From positions 14,917,132 to 14,981,131 of the forward strand of contig NC_054885.1 in the NCBI RefSeq assembly GCF_018320785.1: a stretch of DNA of 64,000 bases, given 5' to 3'. Shown piece after piece: positions 55,901 to 64,000 of the stretch. Below the pieces are notes generated by a model. That model made no database searches. It was given only the letters and a program-made list of their open reading frames with translations, and had not been told where the DNA came from. Numbering within the stretch: the stretch's first letter is position 1; every line of letters starts with the position of its first letter. Source of the DNA: Cheilinus undulatus. Its lineage: Eukaryota. The translations under genes were made by a program, and so were the position numbers.

Positions 55901-57839
55901 ACGGAGGGTTTTTTTTTTTGAAGCAGACTGAAGTTGGCTTTATCAAACATTTTATAATCAGGTTTTCACATTAGTGTTTTTTACTTTTGGCATCCTGACC
56001 CTTAATTAACCTTTGCCCTGGACAGAAGTTTAATCTGATTTTATTAGAGAGTTTCAGCATGTGTGTCTGACAGAGGCAGGCTTCCCAGTAGCGGTCTGAG
56101 AGGGCAACGTGTGAGAGCTGTAATCTGCAGCCAGACTGTCTTGGAGGACTTTGGTGTGTGATGAAAGTAAGAGGGGGCTTAGATTTGAATCCATGAACTG
56201 ACTGAAAGACCCAGTTCAGAAAAAAAATTGTGGCTGTTTGATTCAAAATATTATGACAGCACATTTATCCGGTATAGTGATGGCCAAACAGTACCACCAC
56301 CTTCAACAGTCCCAGGCTGAGTACATGGTGACAATGCTGATACTACCTACCCTTACATATGGTCCCTAATGGCCCCCACAAACAAAAGCAACTATTCCTG
56401 GTGCCAAAATTAGACATGAAAAGGAACAATAAGACTACACAAGAGGAGGTAGAAAGACAGAGAAAAGTCTGAAGACAGAGCTTGAAAGAGGAGGTGGGTT
56501 GAGGTGCAGTGATCAGGGAGATAAGAGTGAGCTGTTGATTAAATTATGCTGATGATTAGATATGCAGATATTTTTTTCACTATCGCCTGAAAGTGATGGA
56601 TGTCTCTGCTGATCTCTAACAGGAAGTTGATGCTGTGAAACACGTGGCTCATTCACAGGTTTCTGCAGAGGTCCTTTGAAGAACACTTGTATCTTGTAAC
56701 ATGTTTTAAATTACACTGCAGCTCTGAGCCCCTCGGCCCGCTGCTGCAACGCTAACACAGAGTGTAACTCTGTAAGAAAAGACTGCGTTTGTCAGCTTTT
56801 AGAGAGGGACGCAGCACCGCATTGTTCACTCCTCAGGGTGGGGGGGGGGCAATACAAGTCATCAATCGAGTCCTGGCAGGTCATTACAGCGTTCAGTGTG
56901 AGGGTACTGCAGTCGAAGCCTTCTCCCCAAATCTGCTCTTTAAGAAGCTGCTCGTAGCTGAGATCAATGAGGCTCTGCCACAAAGATCCAACATCTACAC
57001 TGCAGAGAAAAGAAGTTCTTATCAAACAAGATCACGGGAATGTTTATTTATGTCCGACAGATTGAGGATGGCGGAGGAAAAAGTTACAGTCATTCTTCAG
57101 AATGGGCTCAAAATAAGACAAAAGGAAGAAATTAGGTTGGCAGTTAAATAACTGCTGCAAGAAAATGATACGCCCCAATGCATAACGCTTACTTATTATA
57201 ATCAAAGAGAATAAAACAGTTAACTGTTTTAAAATTAGGGTCAAACATTTAAAATCTGTACCAATCTGGCCTCATTTTCTGGGTTTTGCTTTAATACCTC
57301 CCACGATCAGAAGAATTCCTCTTGTACTGTACGGTTTTGTGGCTGTTCAGTTTGTGCCTTTAGAAACTTGAGTGGAAATGAGGTTAAAAAATACATCAAA
57401 ATATTAGATATTTTAGCTTGGATACAGCATCTTCATCTAAACCTTCCCGGCCTTATGTGAGAAAGTAATTGCCCCCTAAATCTAACGACTGGTTGTGCCA
57501 CTCTTGGCAGCAACAACTGCAGAATATTTCCCCAGAAGTCTTTGGACAGTCTCTGTCTTACTGTTCAATCATGAACACTAACCGTAAATGAGGCCCCATC
57601 CACATGGATGAGATGGAGATGGAGATGAAAAGTTGTTGGTCATATCGGCGTTTTGTGCTCTTTATATGAATGTTCACTGGCAGAGTTACAGTGCCACCTA
57701 CAGGCTTGGCATATATACTACAGTGTTTACAGTCGTTTTAAGTGGTTCCATGTTCATGCAGACATTTCCTGAAACGGCTCTGTGTTTACAGACAAAGTTT
57801 TTTTTAAAACGAAATGGAAATATAATATTTTTGTCTCCA

Positions 57840-58330
57840 TGTGGACAAGGCCCAAAGTCCTGGGTGACCTGCAGGTCTAAAGATGTTGCTCTGGATTCTT
57901 CTCTGACCTCCTGGATGAGTCCTCAATGCGCTCTTGGAGTAATTTTGGCAGGCCGGACACTCCTGGGAAGGTTCACCACTGTTTCAAGTTTTCTCCATTT
58001 GTGGATAATGGCTCTCACTGTGGTTTGTTGGAGTCCTAAAGCCTTAGAAATGGCTTTGTAACCCTTTCCAGACTGATAGATGTCAGTAAGTTTGTTTCTC
58101 ATCTGTTTTTGAATTTCTTGCTTTTGGAGATCTTTAGCCTACTTCACCGTCAGACAGGTTCTATCTAAGGGATTTCTTGATTCAGGAATTAGGCCTGGCT
58201 GTGACGAGTGAAACTGAACTCTTTCCAAAAAATGTGGTAAATCAAAAATAATCCATGATTTAACATTGGAGTGGGGGGCAATTACTTTTTCACGCAGGGC
58301 CAAGTGGGTTTGGATGGCTTTTCCCTTATG
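57840..58330 (-). mobile_element. Tc1-like transposon 5' fragment, same subfamily as 24850-25245
   Basis: Shares ttctccatttgtggataatggctctcac and ggctttgtaaccctttccag with the 24850-25245 fragment. Minus-strand reading gives the Tc1 N-terminal domain. Confidence 0.7.
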
Positions 58331-61300
58331 ATTTTAAAAACTGCATTTTCAGTTTATTGGGGTAATCTTTGTCTTGTATAAAACATTTTTGATGATTGAA
58401 ACATTCAAGTGTGACAAATATTCAAAAAATAAGAAATCAGGAGGAGGGAAAATACTTTTTTATGGCACTATGTTTGAAAAAAAAGGGGAAAGAAATCTGA
58501 GAAGTAGTTCATGTGGTATGTTTGTGGACGCCTGTTGTTCCAGATGAAACTGGAAAAGAGGGGGCTGACTCTGGGATGCTGTAGCTCATTGTTCATCCTC
58601 CCCCAGGATTATTTCTCATGTTTGGAAGAAAGAGGGTTTGTGGGAGAACAGTATTGCTTGGATAGTTTATTCTATCTATTTTTAAGCTGCAAAACTGCAT
58701 TTGTGAGCCGGTTATAGTTGGTTGGTACAGCTTTAGTGATAGTGGAGGGGTTTAAACACCTAGGTAAGGGATCCATGTTTTGTGGGTTGAGCCTTTCCTT
58801 TCTACTTAAAACATTATTACAGATTTATGATTGTTTCTTTCTTATCCTGAAAATGTGCCGAAAGTATTAGGTTTGTGGTAGGTTTGAGCAAAAAAGAAGA
58901 AAGTCATCTGCGTATAGGGCTATTAGCTGTCCAGTGTCCCCTGATTTTATTCCATTTATATTAATGTGTTTAAAAACACACAGTACATAGTGGCGGTTTA
59001 AATAAAAGGGGTGACAGCAGACATCCCTGTAGAGACTGTTTCTTAAGATGGACAGAGCAACAGCTGCCTGGGAGTGAAGCCAAAACACTTCAGGCCCCCA
59101 CTACTGAATGGCTGCAGGTTATATCATAAACCCCGCCTCCTCTATGTTAACAGATGGGTCAATAATTAAACTAAGAAATCAAAAACACATGTAAAAAGAC
59201 ATTTTTTCCAACAGCATTTTCACTATTATAGTTAGTTCATACCATAATGATTCACGTCTAAGGTCTTTTATTTTTCCAAGATATTTAGTTGTTAAAAGTA
59301 ATTTGATGAAATAAAGAGCAGATGCAGTGTCATGATTGACAGCTCAGTTGACGAATGAGGCTCCTTGTAGCATTCTTAACCAGACCAGCAGATTAATGAG
59401 TGAAAGGAGAATGCATAAGTAACAAAGATGAGTAAGTCCGTGTCATCTGCACATAATAATGGATATTATTGGATACTACTGCAATAATCTTTATAAAGAT
59501 AAGGAACATTAATGGTACTCAAATGGAACCTTGTGTTACCCCGAACTGTGTCAATGCTCTCTTAGATTCTATACCATTAATGTTGGCATACTGGTTTCTT
59601 ATATACATAATTACTGAGCCACTACAAAACATTGTCATGAAATCCATATTTGTACAGTTCTGCTATTAAAATGTCATGATTAACACTATCAAATGTTGTA
59701 GAGAGATCAAGAAAAATACCACATGATTGTGTTTCCTTAGTGTAACTCAAGCTGTAATAGGATGTCCTTACAGTATGTGATGTAAGAAGCAATAAAACCA
59801 TCCATATTTGACTGTTTGGTATTAGTGTCAGAACGATGTAGCACAAAACTCCACAATGCAACAAACCATTTCTGTTTCATCCTTTGACGTTCATGCTGAT
59901 ATGAAACTGAAACAGAAACACAAAACTGATTGAGTATTGAATGACAGCAAAGATTTTTGATTAACAGTATCTATATCCACGTTTGAAATGTTTTACACCG
60001 ACTTGTGTCAACATGGAGGCAAAACACTTCATCTCACAGCTGTTAAAGCCTCGTCTAAACGCAGAGCACCACACTTCCTTTTTTCCACATTCAAAATAAA
60101 AGCATTAGATGTCATACTGCTCAAGGGTAAAACTAACCTTTACAGGGAAGAGAACTAAATTTTTAATGCAGCGTCCACTGCTGCTTGATGTAAAGTGATA
60201 TATGACTCTCCCATGATGTCAGGACACAGTATAAGATTAAAAGATTGATGTGCTACAGTAAAAACAATTCTTCAGTGCGGTGAAGCTCACAAATCTTGAT
60301 TCATGAGAAAGTACAACCCTTCATTAAATTTAATTCCATTTGACTTCCAACACAGCTTCAAAGTTATTTATCATGGTTAAAACACTAGAAGTATAATTTA
60401 AGTCATTTTCAGTGTAATGACTGACAGATTTACATCCCTCCACAGTTTCACTGTTGCTGATTAATGTTTACTTCACGATGTTTCTGCTTTAAAGAGGCAG
60501 TCAGTGACGTACGAGTCTAAATAAACTCCATCAGTGACCTACAGGACTTCAAACAAACAGCCTGAGCTCACGTCCACCTACACATCAGACCCAGAGCCAG
60601 AAACCTCAGCAGCTGGCAGCAAGGAGCAACCTCATCAACCCACACGCGTCACTTCTGTTATATTTATACTCTGCTCCAGGTTACAAAAACTTTCTTCTTC
60701 TTTTTCTTCTCTTTGACAATCACAGTGTTCGTGCTCTTGATTTTAGCCTGTAACTCCCCTGACTACTCTGAAGAACTCTTCATACTTTAACCAGCGGCCT
60801 ACTGACAGCAGCCTACTGACAGGCTTACTTAATATACTGAATGACACATAGATCAGTGATCCTCTGACAGAGGCTGTTGGTTTTCAGAAGAAGTGACACA
60901 AATCAAAGAAAATTTAGTTCATGAACATAAGAGGTAGAGGGATATGATTGTTAAATAACACTGTTACTCTTAAGCACGCCTGTGGTGGGGGAAAAATATT
61001 AAGCTTTCTGAAAAGTTCCCTCATATTCATGTGATAAATGTACAAATGTCTGTTAGTTTGTACTCTGCATTTAAAGTAAAGGAAAGCTAAACTTCAGCAG
61101 AGTTTGGGTGGTGGGGGGACGTTGCTAAGTCCTCCATTGGCTGTAGTGAAAGTGCATGTACTGGTCAAACTCCCTACCAGCCACTGCTGGACCAGGCACT
61201 CGATACCAGACGTGAGAACCTGCTCAGGGTTCACCTTCCCACCTCACTAGATAAGTGCCAAAAAAAAAAAAAGCCCCTGATAAGGCCTCCCACTTACTCT

Positions 61301-61555
61301 ACAGCTCAAATGGAACATGGCACAAAGTTTCTTCTTCTGTGCTCTCAAAGAGAGCAGCTGTTTAAAACATTTTTTTCCTCTCCAACAACCAAGGTCAGTT
61401 TTACTGGCAATAGAGCAGTGGCATAAAGAGCTGCAGTGCATCGCATCTAGGTGTGCCTGGACACTAGTGTGGGTTTGCTCATGGAGTAAAACAGGGGCAA
61501 TCGTTTGAATGTGCGTCAGACAGCACCAGTGTGTTTTGGGCTTTAACTGTAGGGC

Positions 61556-62100
61556 TCATATTGGCTGTATGAAAGTAATTCCCCCTACTGGCTGTATGAA
61601 AGTAGTTCCCCCTATTGGCTGTATGTAAGTAGCTCCCTCTATTGGCTGTATGAAAGTAGCTCCCTCTATTGGATGTATGAAAGTAGCTCCCCCTATTAGA
61701 TGTATGAAAGTAATTCCCACTATTGGCTGTATGAAAGTAGCTCCCCCTATTGGCTGTATGAAAGTAGTTCCCCTTACTGGCTGTATGAAAGTAGTTCCCC
61801 CTATTGGCTGTATGAAAGTAGCTCCCTCTATTGGCTGTATGAAAGTAGCTCCCTCTATTAGATGTATGAAAGTAATTCCCACTATTGGCTGTATGAAAGT
61901 AGCTCCCCCTATTGGCTGTATGAAAGTAGTTCCCCCTATTGGCTGTATGAAAGTAGCTCCCCCTATTGGATGTATGGAGGTAGTGCCCCTATTGAATATA
62001 TGAAAGTAGTGCCACTGGTTGCCATATCAAAGTAGTACCCCTATTGGCTGTATGAAGGCAGGGCCCCTGTTGGCTGTATGAATGTAGCACCCTTCTTGGC
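61556..62100. repeat. 30 bp tandem repeat x about 18
   Basis: Unit attggctgtatgaaagtagctccccct with minor variants. This gives the long mirror-image ORFs 61556-61882 (-) and 61650-62003 (+). Confidence 0.95.
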
Positions 62101-63359
62101 TATATTGGCCCCTCTGTTTAGCCTTTCTGCTACCTTGAAGTCCATAACGTGGTGTTAAAAGTTGGACCGAAGTCATTTCAGCGTGTCTTTAGTTCCTGAG
62201 AAATGCATCTTTTGTTGATTTAGGAGTCCCTAAACTCTACATGTCCTTGTTTTTGTGTTCTTTTTATTTTCAGCTCAACTTCAGGGACATAATAGAAGCA
62301 TCTGTGAAATCTAATAATGCTTCAGCATTATTGTGCAGCAGTTTTAATATTCTCTCACATCTCCTGACGAGATTTTCATAATCTGGCAGTTCTGAAATAA
62401 AGGGAATAAACCAATAAAGTAACAATCAACAGAGATGTAGGATGCAGGATTATTGAATGAAAACTCTCAGATGAATAAGATCAAACTACAGTGCATCAGT
62501 TTCCCACTGTAAAAAAAAATGCAAGAATGATACAATGCAACGATAACATATATCATGATACATGAAATCGTTTGCAACACCAAAACCAGCACAGATCCAT
62601 GTCAACACAGAATTTTTGTTTTAGGGCAGGAGCAGGTGGGAACATCTAATGAACAGTAATAGGTCAAGACTTGTGGGTGGGGGGTTATAACTCATCAGTC
62701 TTTGTCTTAAGGATATGAGTTACACATTAAGGCCTGCACAGTCTGTTAGGAGGCTTAATACTCGCCTCTGCTCCACCTCTCTGTCTGTTCCTATGTTGAG
62801 CAAAAGATAGACTGAGACAGCTTTTTGAGAGTGGTGACTGCTGTAGATTTGCTGTTCAGTGATCAAATGGCTGATCTCACATTTTGTCCAGGACATTCAT
62901 ACCCAAAGCATGGAGAGATGGAATGATGTGACAAGGTACAAAAATAAACTTTCAAATATGAATATGAAATGAATATGAAATTTGTGCAGAGTGGCACAGA
63001 AAAAAAGGGAAAACCTTGAACATGATGTCATGGATTTTTTGTGACCATTTAAAAACTTCATAATAAATTCAAAATTATAATTCAAAAACAAATTTCTAAT
63101 CTAAAAAAACACAATACAAATATTCAAAACAACCTTCTTTTTCCACACAAAGTAGGCCCTACATAGCCGAATATGCATCATGAGGCCTGAATTTTTTTAT
63201 TTCCATTTTTCTTTTTCCATTTAGATTTTTCTTCTGAATTCTGATTATGGCTATTATGATGAAGACTGATCAAACAATATGTCATTGGTACAAAAATACA
63301 GTTGCGTTTCTGATATAAAGGTGACTTATCATGAACAATTTGAGTATTTTGGGGGTATC

Positions 63360-63910
63360 TGGTAACCTGACATGCCAGATGGATTTGTTTCACACATGCA
63401 TCTGGAAAACTTTAGATACTAAGCGTTTGGGAAGGGCAGAGGATTTGAAAAAATCTTGGAGTGTGACTGGATGAACGTTCTGTCTGTCACATCTTTACGG
63501 GCCAATCAGAGCAACAAAACACATGACGTAGGCGCTACTGAGGAGTGAACTCCATACAGAACTGCAAAATGCGAAAAACGGCAACTGTAGACATGTCAGT
63601 ACACGACTTTTGTTGTTTTTGAAAAGAAAACAGCTCAATGCTGTTCTTTGTTCTTCTTTTAACAAAAAAATGTGGTCAATTTCTGATAAAACTGGCGCTT
63701 TAGGAGCATCCACAGTAATGTCTTACACCATAATTGCACTGGCCTCTTGTTGCTGCTTGCCTATGTCACGACTCTGCCGCGCCTGAAAGAACTCCCCCTC
63801 ATCGCTGATTGGTCCTGTCACTTTCTAACAGGGCCCAACCAGTTCAGATGGGAGCTTTGCAAGATGGACTTGCCAGTGAGAAACACGGAAATGGGCCTAT
63901 CTGGAATAGC
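63360..63910 (+). repeat. Interspersed repeat family R, third copy
   Basis: Collinear with 19375-19900, including the hairpin terminus at 63370-63410 and the CTGATTGGTCCTGTCACTTTCTAACAGGGCCCAAC block. Confidence 0.8.
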
Positions 63911-64000
63911 TACCAACCCACAAAATGTGCAATCTTGAAAAATCTGAATTTTGTTTGGGGTCTTCCTATGTCAGAAAATCTGTCAGTATTTTAGAACCTG

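Noticed and set aside
61556-62003. 108 aa (-) and 117 aa (+) overlapping ORFs
   Set aside because: Mirror-image translations of the 30 bp tandem repeat. No start context, no homology, perfectly periodic.

Overview
This 64 kb window is vertebrate nuclear DNA, most probably teleost fish, and not a prokaryotic locus. I base that on GT-AG introns, Tc1/mariner transposons, tRNA-derived SINEs with A-rich tails, several satellite arrays and a fish-type zinc-finger gene. There are no operons, CRISPR arrays or real rRNA/tRNA genes.

The + strand carries the last four coding exons of a Doc2-family gene (double C2-like domain; close to Doc2a/b, more distant from rabphilin-3A). These exons cover the whole C2B domain and end at the stop codon at 25383-25385. 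Upstream exons were not found in the window.

The minus strand carries a complete two-exon C2H2 zinc-finger gene. Exon 1 encodes a teleost FiNZ-like N-terminal domain; exon 2 encodes a long low-complexity linker and 3-4 C-terminal fingers. A nearly full-length Tc1-like transposon sits in its single intron.

The rest is repeat-rich intronic and intergenic DNA:
- at least seven Tc1-like copies or fragments, all with broken transposase ORFs;
- four copies of one tRNA-derived SINE family plus a second SINE type;
- a ~550 bp hairpin-terminated repeat present as a head-to-head inverted pair plus one solo copy;
- satellites with units of about 30, 41, 68 and 170 bp.

I found no evidence for a new gene system. 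The points I would look at again:
- an in-frame Gly/Glu low-complexity insertion inside the C2B domain exon;
- a Tc1 fragment running right up to the splice acceptor of the terminal Doc2 exon;
- the inverted hairpin-terminated repeat pair;
- a ~170 bp satellite whose units carry AGGTCA direct repeats of the nuclear-receptor DR1 type.

Most long ORFs in the six-frame track are artefacts of tandem repeats or antisense reading of GC-rich exons.
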